Origin: Macrostomum lignano
Lineage: Eukaryota
Reading direction: 5' to 3'
NCBI GenBank assembly: GCA_002269645.1
Contig: NIVC01001586.1
Location: forward strand, 1 to 64,000
Length of the DNA stretch: 64,000 bases
Every line of letters starts with the position of its first letter. The first letter of the stretch is position 1. This document shows positions 52,401 through 64,000 of this stretch, piece by piece. The translations under genes and the position numbers were made by a program. The notes under the pieces are model-generated. The model was not told where the DNA came from, made no database searches, and saw only the letters and a list, made by a program, of their open reading frames with translations.

Positions 52401-55400
52401 CTGTAATTGGCCTGACTAAACTTAGACGCCCAAGCCTAAGGGAGGCTAACACTGCCTTCTCAGCCACCCGCTGAGCCCGGCGGGATCTGCTGAACAGGAC
52501 CAGGACGCCTTGTTCATTAATCTGCAGATCTGCACGCTGTGCTGAGTTCGTTGACTTGTTTATTTCGTTCCGACGGGAAGCTCACCTCACCGAAGGCCGA
52601 GACATGAAGGAACTGGTGGCAGCACTACCGACGCTACTAAGAGCTAATAAGAAAGCTTCCGAGAGAAGAGGCTCGAGACTTAAGGTAAAGCTTAAGTGAC
52701 TAAATCGGGAAGCAAAAAGCGATCTACTTCGTTGGTGGCAGCGGTGGGATTCAAAGACCTACCATGCCACCTTGAGACAACCCTAAGTACTTCATCTTTT
52801 ATCAATAGTGCACTTTCAGACTTGAGGAAGGGTAGCTGTGGTACACTGTCGGACCTGAGGAAGGGTAGCTGTGGTGCACTGTCGGACCTGAGGGAGGGTA
52901 GCTGTGGTACACTGTCGGACCTGAGGAAGGGTAGCTGTGGTGCACTGTCGGACCTGAGGGAGGGTAGCTGTGGTGCGCTGTCGGATCTGAGGAAGGGTAG
53001 CTGTGGTGCACTGTCGGACCTGAGGAAGGGTAGCTGTGGTGCGCTATCGGACCTGAGGGAGGGTAGCTGTGGTGCACTGTCGGACCTGAGGGAGGGTAGC
53101 TGTGGTGCGCTATCGGACCTGAGGGAGGGTAGCTGTGGTGCACTGTCGGACCTGAGGGAGGGTAGCTGTGGTGCACTGTCGGACCTGAGGGAGGGTAGCT
53201 GTGGTGCACTGTCGGACCTGAGGGAGGGTAGCTGTGGTGCACTGTCGGACCTGAGGGAGGGTAGCTGTGGTGCACTGTCGGACCTGAGGGAGGGTAGCTG
53301 TGGTGCACTGTCGGACCTGAGGGAGGGTAGCTGTGGTGCACTGTCGGACCTGAGGGAGGGTGGCGCACACCTCAAAAGACAAATTAGTCGCTTACAGACA
53401 CAGATGGCAGACGACTCCGCCCATGCCTATGCTTTAGGTGGCAGGTGTGGGTTGTAGCCAAACAACTTCTGCTCCGAAGAGTTGGAATCGTGCTCACAGT
53501 GAATGTGAATGTGAAGCCAGGCCGCCAATCAGTTTCTGGCGGCTGATTGAACAGCGTTTTGCACGGATCTGCGGGAGATTGTGGAGACGGTACTTGCACT
53601 ATCTAGTGGCTATATCTGGACTCGAACCTGTGTCCTTCGGTGCAAGAGAGCAATGCAGGGCACTCGCCCTCTATAAAAAACTGAACGATACACAAAAGGC
53701 TGAGTGCTATGCAGTTTCACAGTGAGCGCGCACAAATCAACTTCGGTATGCTCTCGGTTATTTGCGACTCCTCCGAAGTTCTCTCCAGAGAGTAGGCGCA
53801 CGAAATGCTCCCGCCGACCATCGACTCGTTGACTCGTAGGCTGAACGTGCTGCTGCGAAATTCCAGTCCGTCACCCACGTCAGTCAACTGCGGGATTCAG
53901 TGAATTGAATGTATTGAAGTGCACTTAAGTGTGGTTCATTGTCTTGGGTTGCAATTGGAGTCGACTGGAATGCATTGGAGTGTGTTGCAGTGCAGCCCAA
54001 ACTACCTCTTCTGCACCCCAACGAACCACAAAGAGCTGAGGATAAAGTCCCATCCCACTCAACATAAAAACCCCCGACTCGAACATTGTCATGCTTGGTC
54101 TCCAAGATCAGCTTCGGCGAGCCAGCTCGATCAATCAGCAGGCAGTGGTGCAGCGGCCTTGGAAACGCCGGCTCGGTACTGAAGGTCACCAGCGCTTCGG
54201 TCCCCACGACCCACACGGATCCGCCCATGTCCAGATGGACAGCTTTCGGCTTTGCTGCGGAGTATTTTGAGTAAAAATTATTTACTTTTTACTTATGCTT
54301 CTGCTGCCCACAATGACTCTTAAGACGCATAAAGGATCATGAGCAAACAAATCGCTCAAGAAGAATTCTGTACTCGCAAATCGTGTAATTTTTACTGCAG
54401 AATACATTAGCTAGATAGGGCTTCGGAGTTTCCTTGACATTAAAAAGATGTCAAGCTTCAGAGAAACTATATTTGTTAATTTTATAGAGTAGTAGAACAG
54501 ACAGTGTCAACGAGATTTGCCCGCAATGCTTTTTTCCTGCAGCGCATTTTTTCACGTCGCAGATTTTGTCTGCACTGCCTCCCCAATGCTTAGTAAGTCT
54601 TATTAAAGAGATTTGGGGAACAAAGCGACATGGAATATGCATGAATTAATAGATGCATGTATATACAGAACTGAGTGCCTACAAGAAAAATATAAATTTG
54701 ATATGCAGTTACTATCAAAGCGTTTTGATCGGATAAATCTCTTTATTAAGACTTAATAAGCATTAGGGGGCATGCAAAATATAGCTGTCACGTGACTAAA
54801 TGCGCCGCAAGAAAAAAAGCATTTCGGGCAAATCTCGGCGGGAAAAATCTCGGCGAGCAATTCACTCGCGGGCAAATTCCACTGCGGGCAAAGCTCGGCG
54901 GGCAATTCTCGTGCTCCCGAACAGAAGACTCAGAAATTCACCTAAAACTCGTTGTTCTAGAACTGGTTGTTAAATAATGAAGCAGTGAAGCACAGCTACC
55001 CTCCCTCACGTCCGACATTGCACCACTCCCACAGCTACAATCCCTCAGGTCCGACAGTGCACCACAGCTACCCTTCCTCAGGTCCGACAGTGCACCACAG
55101 CTACCCTTCCTCAGGTCCGACAGTGCACCACAGCTACCCTTCCTCAGGTCCGACAGTGCACCACAGCTACCCTTCCTCAGGTCTGACAGTGCACCACAGC
55201 TACCCTTCCTCAGGTCCGACAGTGCACCACAGCTACCCTTCCTCAGGTCCGACAGTGCACCACAGCTACCCTTCCTCAGGTCGACAGCGCACTACAGCTA
55301 CCCTCCCTCAGGTCGACAGCGCACTACAGCTACCCTACTTAACGTAGGAAAATTAACGATTTGAAAGTGCAGCGAACTTCTTTTTTGCTTGATTTTCTAT

Positions 55401-58400
55401 TGTAGAAGCACGAATGCATGTACAGAAGAACCGGGCTGCCTACAGATGAACCCGATCGTCCTATTGAATCGGCCACTGGCTCCGCTGGCGCACCGGAAGC
55501 TGCAGTCCAATTGACTGTTGCGAAATCGGCCGTTGATCGTCAGCAGGTAGGCCGCCGCACTGCCTGCGGCTTCCTAAAAATATTGTAAAAGTCATTCACG
55601 TGTACCACTGAAAACTGCTTTTTTAGGAAGCCAGTTCCTCTTTTCTCGTTCTGTTTACTGTTTTATAGCTTTTTTTTCTTTTCGTGCCATCCTAAGGGAG
55701 CGCTCCTCCTTTCTGGAGACCTCCCTTTGTGCGCCAGTCACGTGGTGGCCGTACTCCCTCTACATGCATCTCGTACCAGTTACGCTCGTAGGTTGGTGCC
55801 GCTTGATAAACTCCTGCAAACAGCCTTCGACAAGCAAACATCCTGCAAGCAAACATCCTGCAAACAAACATCCTGCAAACAAGCATCCTGCAAGCAAACA
55901 TCCTGCAAACAAACATACTGCAAGCAAACATCCTGCAAGCAAACATCCTGCAAACAAACATCCTGCAAGCAAACATCCTGCAAGCAAACATACTGCAAAC
56001 AAACATCCTGCAAGCAAACTTCCAGCAAAGAAGCATCCTGCAAACAAACATCCTGCAAACAAGCATCCTGAAAGCAAACATCCTGCAAGCAAACATCCTG
56101 CAAACAAACATCCTGCAAGCAAACATCCTGCAAACAAACATCCTGCAAGCAAACATCCTGCAAGCAAACATCCTGCAAGCAAACATCCTGCAAACAAACA
56201 TCCTGCAAGCAAACTTCCACCAAACAAGCATCCTGCAAGCAAACATCCTGCAAGCAAACATCCTGCAAACAAGCATCCTGCAAGCAAACATCCTGCAAGC
56301 AAACATCCTGCAAGCAAACATCCTGCAAGCAAACATCCTGCAAGCAAACATCCTGCAAACAAGCATCCTGCAAGCAAACATCCTGCAAGAAAACATCCTG
56401 CAAGCAAACATCCTGCAAGCAAACATACTGCAAACAAACATCCTGCAAGCAAACATCCTGCAAACAAGCATTCTGCAACCAAACATCCTGCAAGCAAACA
56501 TCCTGCAAGCAAACATCCTGCAAACAAGCATCCTGCAAGCAAACATTCTGCAAACAAACATCCTGCAAGCAAACATCCTGCAAGCAAACATCCTGCAAGC
56601 AAACATCCTGCAAGCAAACATCCTGCAAGCAAACATCCTGCAAGCAAGCATGCTGCAAGCAAACATTCTGCAAACAAACATCCTGCAAGCAAACATCCTG
56701 CAAGCAAACATCCTGCAAGCAAACATCCTGCAAGCAAACATCCTGCAAACAAACATCCTGCAAACAAACATCCTGCAAACAAACATCCTGCAAACAAACA
56801 TCCTGCAAGCAAACATCCTGCAAACAAACATCCTGCAAACAAGCATCCTGCAAGCAAACATCCTGCAAGCAAACATCCTGCAACCAAACATCCTGCAAGC
56901 AAACATCCTGCAAACAAGCATCCTGCAAACAAGCATCCTGCAAGCAAACATCCTGCAAGCAAACATCCTGCAAACAAACATCCTGCAAACAAGCATCCTG
57001 CAAGCAAACATCCTGCAAGCAAACATCCTGCAACCAAACATCCTGCAAGCAAACATCCTGCAAGCAAACATCCTGCAAGCAAACATCCTGCAAGCAAACA
57101 TCCTGCAAACAAGCATCCTGCAAGCAAACATCCTGCAAGAAAACATCCTGCAAGCAAACATCCTGCAAGCAAACATACTGCAAACAAACATCCTGCAAAC
57201 AAACATCCTGCAAACAAGCATCCTGCAAACAAGCATCCTGCAAGCAAACATTCTGCAAACAAACATCCTGCAAGCAAACATCCTGCAAGCAAACATCCTG
57301 CAAGCAAACATTCTGCAAACAAACATCCTGCAAGCAAACATCCTGCAAGCAAACATCCTGCAAGCAAACATCCTGCAAACAAACATCCTGCAAACAAACA
57401 TCCTTCAAGCAAACATCCTGCAAGCAAACATCCTGCAAGCAAACATCCTGCAAGCAAGCATGCTGCAAGCAAACATTCTGCAAGCAAACATCCTGCAAAC
57501 AAACATCCTGCAAGCAAACATCCTTTAAGCAAACATCCTGCAAACAAACATCCTGCAAACAAACATTCTGCAAAAAAACATCCTGCAAGCAAACATCCTG
57601 CAAACAAACATCCTGCAAGCAAACATCCTGCAAGCAAATATCCTGCAAGCAAACATTCTGCAAGCAAATATCCTGCAAGCAAACATCCTGCAAGCAAATA
57701 TCCTGCAAGCAAACATCCTGCAAACAAGCATCCTGCAAGCAAACATTCTGCAAACAAACATCCTGAAAGCAAACATCCTGCAAGCAAACATCCTGCAAGC
57801 AAACATCCTGCAAGCAAACGCAAGCAAACATCCTGCAAACAAGCATCCTGCAAGCAAACATCCTGCAAACAAGCATCCTGCAAGCAAACATCCTGCAAAC
57901 AAGCATCCTGCAAGCAAACATCCTGCAAACAAGCATCCTGCAAGCAAACATCCTGCAAACAAGCATCCTGCAAGCAAACATCCTGCAAACAAGCATCCTG
58001 CAAGCAAACATCCTGCAAACAAGCATCCTGCAAGCAAACATCCTGCAAACAAGCATCCTGCAAGCAAACATTCTGCAAACAAACGTCCTGCAAACAAACA
58101 TCCTGCAAACAAACATTCGGCAGAAAACATCCTGCAAGCAAACATCCTGCAAACAAACATTCGGCAGAAAACATCCTGCAAACAAACATCCTGCAAACAA
58201 ACATTCGGCAGAAAACATCTGGCTCTCATAAGAAACTAATAAATGTTTCGCCCCTTTTGCTGGCAAGTATGCAACGAATTGTGAGCTTGTCCTTACTAAC
58301 AAGAATATCTTAAACCGTTATTAATTTACTGCAACTCACAAACTTGAAATTGCCCACGAGTGGTTGGAGGCTGCACAGCGGAGTCTTCAGAGTCTGGCAG

Positions 58401-60187
58401 GGCAGGCAGGCCACCAGCATGGTGCCAGGCCGAAGGCGGTCCAGGCCGACCGCTGAACAGACCGACTGGCTGCTGCGGCTGACCAGCTGAACAGCTGCAT
58501 CATCTGAGAGAGAGAGAGCGCGCACACAGCGCAGTTGATTAGCGGACTCATCATCATATTCTTTTGAATTCTTTACTCGCCCATTACTTAATATGTTTTC
58601 AATTATCACTTCGGTCCCCTGGCCATTCCACTCTCTCACTCGGTGCCATTCCCTCTTCTCTCACTCGGTGCCATTCCCTCTTCTCTCACTCGGTGCCATT
58701 CCCTCTGGTGGATACAACGGAAAGTTGTCACGCGATGACATGACCTCTTTGCAATCACTGGTAACTGGCTTACCAAAATTGATTTGTAATCCAGCGAACT
58801 CCAGCCGCTTATCAGTTTCATTCTGCACAAATCTTCTCAGAAGAATAAAGCGAGTCGGCTGCAAATATTGATTTAATTCAAGGTTACGCATTTAGATTGA
58901 TAGTTCTGAAGTTAATTTAATAGAGACACGAAAACTTCATTTTGGCGCCAAAGCTCCCAATATTTATTGATAACTAAAAAAAATAAATATGGGATCTGTG
59001 GAATGGGATCGGGATGGGACGGGGATGGACCGGGAGGGGACCTGTGGAATGGGACCTGGAGATGGAACCCTGTGGAATGGAATCGGGATGGGACCTGTGG
59101 AATGGGATCGGGATGGGACCTGTGGAATGGGATCGGGATGGGACCTGTGGAATGGGATCGGGATGGGACCTGTGGAATGGGACCGGGATGGGACCTGTGG
59201 AATGGGACCAGGAGGGGACCTGTGGAATGGGACCTGGAGATGGAACCCTGTGGAATGGGATCGGGATGGGACCTGTGGAATGGGACCTGGAGATGGAACC
59301 CTGTGGAATGGGATCGGGATGGGACCTGTGGAATGGGATCGGGATGGGACCTGTGGAATGGGACCGGGATGGGACCTGTGGAATGGGATCGGGATTGGTC
59401 CTCTTGAGTGTATATCACACAAACGCTAAGTCAGCATTCCGAGCGTGAACTCCCAAAACTAAAGTGGCGCGTGAGATTAGTTCAGAAAAGGGAGAATTTT
59501 CCCAATATTAGGAAGTGAATTTTTTTGCTAATAGCACGAAGGCTCAATTCCATGGACAGCAGCTGACCTTTGGGCACACCGGGCCGCACACGAGTCCGCA
59601 CTTCACCTGCTGGCGCAGCGGTCCAGAAGGCCGGGCAGCGGCGGTACGGCCGCAAGTAGAAAATTTGTCCACAGCCACAGTGGCTTTGCAGGAGCCTGAC
59701 ACGGGCTTTAACTGGATTGATTCCGACTGCTCATCGCTGATTAGCACCTCCAAGTTGCTTGCTCTCACCGGAGCTGCTTGTTAGGGGATATGAGATTGGA
59801 GCGAAATTATAGCAGCAGACCGGAGAGAAAACATTGGATTTCCAGGCTAATCTGACTTGACACTATATAGCTACCCTGACCCAACACCACCCTGACAACC
59901 ACCCTGACACAACACCATTCTGACTCAACACCACCCTGACAACCAACCCCTGACCCAGAACAAACCGTCAGGCTGGGCGTGAACCGTCACGGACTGAAGA
60001 TGAACAGCTCTGGACAGACGGAGCAGCAGCCATTGGTACCCGAATTCGTCCGGCGCGTTGCCCGAACGGAACGACACGGCGGTCGTGTCGGCCACGGCTC
60101 GAACCGAGGCGCTGTAGCATCGCTCCTCAAATGTGGACGACTGCCAGGCTTCGATCATGTTCAGATTTGAGTGACTGGCACCGGCGC
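49419..60187 (-). CDS. Putative type I membrane receptor: F-type-lectin/F5-8C-like domain, Ig-like domain, TM helix and ten E-Y-D tyrosine repeats (first exon not located)
   Basis: Phase-compatible GT-AG exons 60187-59966, 59773-59568, 58858-58774, 58503-58340, 50672-50537 and 50296-49419. Peptides: AWQSST..AVAD..QWLLLRLSRAVHLQSVTV..TRFILLRR..LEFAGLQI; TMLVAC..FSLIV..DSASVQCLV; TM FLTSFILGSLLVFSGLCVSFRLLCC-RR; tail (VVE[N/D]EYD[V/L]LA..)x9 plus VNEYDE*. Confidence 0.6.
51528..51682. mobile_element. Small TTAA-bounded inverted-repeat element (piggyBac-type MITE candidate)
   Basis: TTAA at 51528 and 51679. GGCCTGCACTGCAGGCCATAC (51548-51568) is inverted at 51649-51669 with 1 mismatch. Confidence 0.45.
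51740..52400 (-). mobile_element. Internally deleted piggyBac transposase remnant
   Basis: Acidic N-terminus (LGLDSDSED..ETESE), core fragment VVAELSREVLGEGYHIYTD (compare GYHLYTDN) and Cys-rich end KKTVFCCSQCPGNPGLCPDPC, in different frames. Confidence 0.7.
52810..55340. mobile_element. Foldback-like element whose arms are oppositely oriented 33-bp tandem arrays
   Basis: About 16 copies of GGGTAGCTGTGGTGCACTGTCGGACCTGAGG[G/A]A at 52815-53360, and about 10 reverse-complement copies at 54990-55335. Confidence 0.65.
54505..54840. mobile_element. Imperfect palindromic MITE nested within the foldback element
   Basis: CGAGATTTGCCCGCAATGCTTTTTTCCTGCAGCGCATTT and CCCCAATGCTTAGTAAGTCTTATTAAAGAGAT each have inverted counterparts at about 54735-54840. 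Confidence 0.65.
55835..58215. repeat. 15-bp satellite (CAAGCAAACATCCTG)n, roughly 155-160 copies, intronic in the receptor gene
   Basis: Direct reading; accounts for the 500-850-aa ORFs. Confidence 0.97.
58990..59400. repeat. Intronic minisatellite (GGGACCTGTGGAATGGGATCGGGAT)
   Basis: Direct reading; a 25-bp triplicate also lies at about 58615-58700. Confidence 0.9.
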
Positions 60188-61599
60188 CTGTGCAGGATAT
60201 TGACGGCGCAGAAAAGAAATGTAATACTCGTATATATGCTGCCGTATATATTTAGATAAGACAATTTTAAGATACTATTGATTTTACGCTTTTTAGGGTG
60301 AAGTAGCCACCCATGAATCACTGGATATGGATACAGTACGGAGTTAAGCTTGTGTTCAGAGGGAGATTTGTGCGGATTTTAGGCCAGGACATGTGGAGCT
60401 CGCACCAACATCGATCAACTTCTAATCAAAGATGAGATATATTGCCACTTAATTTGTGCTGCAGTTCATGTCACCAACACAGAGCCAAATAAAATGGTAC
60501 AAAAGTACATGTAGTCCATTTCTAGCTACTTAATATAACTAGCGATCCCTATTATGGATCAAGAAATGCAACCTACCGTTGAATAGCTGCACCAGCTGGA
60601 TGCCAATAACTGCTAGCACTTGTGCATTGGCAATTAAACAGTTAAGAGAAATGCAAACCTGCAACCAAGATCTCGGCTGCATCACAATAGCGCTTAACAG
60701 AATAACTACGAAGACTTTAGGCCCAAACGCTCACGGCTAGAAGATACGGGTAATAAATAACGTTTCTATCAGAATTTAACTTTTGTTTTAACAAACATTT
60801 TCTGCACCCGATACTGTACCAACAGCATGGTCAGCTGACTTACGCAACCAAACAGATGCGCAGGTGTGCAAGCGTCAGAAAGAGAACTTTCAAGTCAGCC
60901 CACAGGCTTGCAGATTGTATAAGATAATCAAGCTGGTAGCAATTGCTTTAGCTGTGCATGCCTGGCGTGTGAAAGTGGCCAAGACAAGATTTACTCATGG
61001 TTTATAGTTTATCACTAGGAGCCGAAAACGCACTTGGAAGATAGTAAAGCTATCAGTAACACGACACTTTAGCCAGTCTATGTTCGAGGCAGAAAAAGGT
61101 AAACCACCCACATCAATTAGAATTATATTTACCAAGACAAAATCATCAACTGTAAGTCATTCTTTGCAAGACAATATAGTTATTCAAGTATTTAAAAAAT
61201 CTTGCTAACTCGTCAGATCAGGCCTAAATATCGATCTCATACGATACTCTGTGTATGGATAAAATCAATTATCAACAATGATGTCTAATTAAGTTATATT
61301 GACTGAGCAAAGTGGACAGTCTGGCCATACCAAGAAGCGAATGACATTTGGGAGATGAAATCAGATTGCATATTAGTCTGCTTGTCATTAATTAACCGTA
61401 GGGAATTGTAGATATTGAATAAAGTTATTAATACAGCAATTAAATAACCTTACTATCGTTAGCGAGTGCTTAATAACTTAATTAGAGTGGAGCTCTGTTC
61501 TCGGGACGCTAAAACTGGATCCAGTCACGTGATTGGACACCGCACGAATAGAAATCACGAAATGTAACGAGATTGGAAACCACGAGACTCGAAATGGAA

Positions 61600-62790
61600 A
61601 AAATTGGATACCACGTGACTGAAAATCATGCAACTGGAAATCACCCGATGATGATATCACGTGACTGGAAATCCCCCGATCGGATATCCCGTGACTTACC
61701 CGATTGGAAGTCACGTGACTGGAAATTTTTCGGATAAGAAATCTCGTGACTGAAAATTACCCGATTGGAAATCACATGACTGGAAATTACCCGATTGGAA
61801 ATCACATGACTGGAAATTACCCGATTGGAAATCACATGACTGGAAATTACCCGATTGGAAATCACATGACTGGAAATTACCCGATTGGAAATCATGTGAC
61901 TGGAAATTACCCGATTGGAAGTCACGTGACTGGAGATTACCCGATTAGAAATCACGTAACTGGAAATTACCCGATTGGAAATCACGTGACTGAAAATTAC
62001 CAATTAAAATTCACGTGACTGGAAATTACCCAATTGGAAATCACGTGACTGAAAATTACCAATTAAAAGTTACGTGACTGGAAATTACCCAATTAGAAGT
62101 CACATGATTGGAAATTACCCAATTAGAAGTCACGTGACTGGAAATTACCCAATTAAGTCACGTGACTGGAAATTAACCGATTAGAAATCACCCTATGGGA
62201 TATCACGTGACTGGAAATTACCCGATTAAAAATCACCCTATGGGATATCACATTACTAGAAATTACCCGATTAGAAATCACCCTATGGGATATCACGTGA
62301 CTGGAAATTACCCGATTAAAAATCACCCTATGGGATATCACATTACTAGAAATTACCCGATTAGAAATCACCCGATGGGATATCACATTACTAGAAATTA
62401 CCCGATTAGAAATCACCCTATGGGATATCACGTGACTGGAAATTACCCGATTAAAAATCACCCTATGGGATATCACGTGACTGGAAATTACCCGATTAAA
62501 AATCACCCGATGGAATATCACATTACTAGAAATTACCCGATTAAAAATCACCCGATGGAATATCACATTACTAGAAATTACCCGATTAGAAATCACCCTA
62601 TGGGATATCACGTGACTGGAAATTACCCGATTAGAAATCACCCTATGGGATATCACGTGACTGGAAATTACCCGATTAGAAATCACCCTATGGGATATCA
62701 CGTGACTGGAAATTACCCGATTAAAAATCACCCGATGGAATATCACATTACTAGAAATTAACCGATTAGAAATTACCCGTTATGAATCAT
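61600..62790. repeat. 30-bp then 45-bp minisatellites built on TCACGTGACTGGAAATTACCCGATT
   Basis: Direct reading. Confidence 0.92.
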
Positions 62791-63464
62791 CTGATAGGCA
62801 TAATATCACTAGAACTCCAATCACATGTTCGCTGCTAAAAATGACAACACATTTTAAATTTCGCACAAGCCCAGCGCACCATTCAGATTCCCCACCCCCC
62901 TAACCTAACACAGCTGACTACTGACTAAACCAGCTAGGCATTGTTCCAGAAACCTCCGATTCCAAATCATACGCGCAAACATTGTAATAATCGAAATTTG
63001 ATAAACACAGGGATAATCAACTAACCAATAAAGATAACACACAAAAAAGCGATAAACTGAATGGACAGTTAAGCGCCACATCAATTTAAAAATCATAGCC
63101 GCATCAAACAGAGGTCAGCGAGGCCCATAGAGACAAAAACTTGTGCGCGAATGCAGAATTTGGTTGGCTCATTAACTTTGGCAACTTTAGTCGGTCAAAT
63201 ATGAGCAAATCTATTCTCATTTATCATAATCAATTGGGCTGAATGAAGAATATTACAACTGACTTACAAAGCAGATCAGTCACTTCCGACGAGGGCGGAT
63301 TATAGAAATACTGTGTACGAATCGAATGAAAACTTATTGTAAAAATGAAAAAGCTTTGATAGGCTTTCAGTAGTTTGAATTTTTCTTATTTTTTATCATG
63401 AAAGCTAGTCGCAAACTGCTACTATTAGTAATTTGAAGGAGCATGTTTATTAGATCGGCTTTGT

Positions 63465-63865
63465 TAACTAGATGGGTGTTCTGGTGGGTTCATTTTGCAG
63501 GTTGGGGTTCCGGTGGGTTCATTTTGCAGGTTGGGGTGTTCCGGTGGGTTTATTTTGCAGGTTGGGGAGTTCCGGTGGGTTCATTTTGCAGGTTGGGGTT
63601 CCGGTGGGTTCATTTTGCAGGTTGGGGAGTTCCGGTGGGTTCATTTTGCAGGTTGGGGTTCCGGTGGGTTCATTTTGCAGGTTGGGGTGTTCCGGTGGGT
63701 TCATTTTGCAGGTTGGGGTTCCGGTGGGTTCATTTTGCAGGTTGGGGTGTTCCGGTGGGTTCATTTTGCAGGTTGGGGTGTTCCGGTGGGTTCATTTTGC
63801 AGGTTGGAGTATTCCGGTGGGTTCATTTTGCAGGTTGGGGTGTTCCGGTGGGTTCATTTTGTAGG
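63465..63865. repeat. 29-31-bp minisatellite (CCGGTGGGTTCATTTTGCAGGTTGGGGT[GT]T)
   Basis: Direct reading. Confidence 0.92.
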
Positions 63866-64000
63866 ATGTCTCGATGATTAATTCTACAATGTTTAAGCTG
63901 ACTAACTTTTTTAATTAATAATATAAACAGATTGTATATCCTATTTTAATGAACCAGTATATCAGCTTAAAGCCTACCGTTAGCATGCACAAAGCACAGC

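Noticed and set aside
55692-58313. 500-850-aa ORFs (SKHPA/DVCLQ/CRMFA repeats) as genes
   Set aside because: They are translations of a 15-bp satellite open in most frames on both strands.
60844-60930. Signal-peptide exon for the receptor (KVLFLTLAHLRICLVA|gtaagt)
   Set aside because: The donor is phase 2 in that frame whereas the next exon needs phase 1, and there is no in-frame ATG.

Overview
Eukaryotic (animal) genomic DNA with GT-AG introns, GC-rich exons and introns packed with unrelated minisatellites. The style suggests a repeat-rich invertebrate, possibly a flatworm such as Macrostomum (inference only). Hand-built gene models: the 5' part of an ASAP-type BAR/ArfGAP gene (-), POGLUT2/3 (KDELC) (+), Dishevelled (+), an atypical class A peptide-receptor-like GPCR (+), and an unannotated type I membrane receptor (-, about 60.2 to 49.4 kb). 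The receptor has an F-type-lectin/F5-8C-like domain, an Ig-like domain, a TM helix and a tail of ten tandem E-Y-D tyrosine motifs, and is the most interesting item. Mobile elements: a full-length but frameshifted Mag-like Ty3/gypsy LTR element with 5-bp TSD, a tRNA-headed CORE-type SINE, a second SINE, MULE and piggyBac remnants, MITEs and a foldback-like element. Most long ORFs in the supplied track are translations of tandem repeats. All family assignments are by motif recognition from memory; no searches were run.
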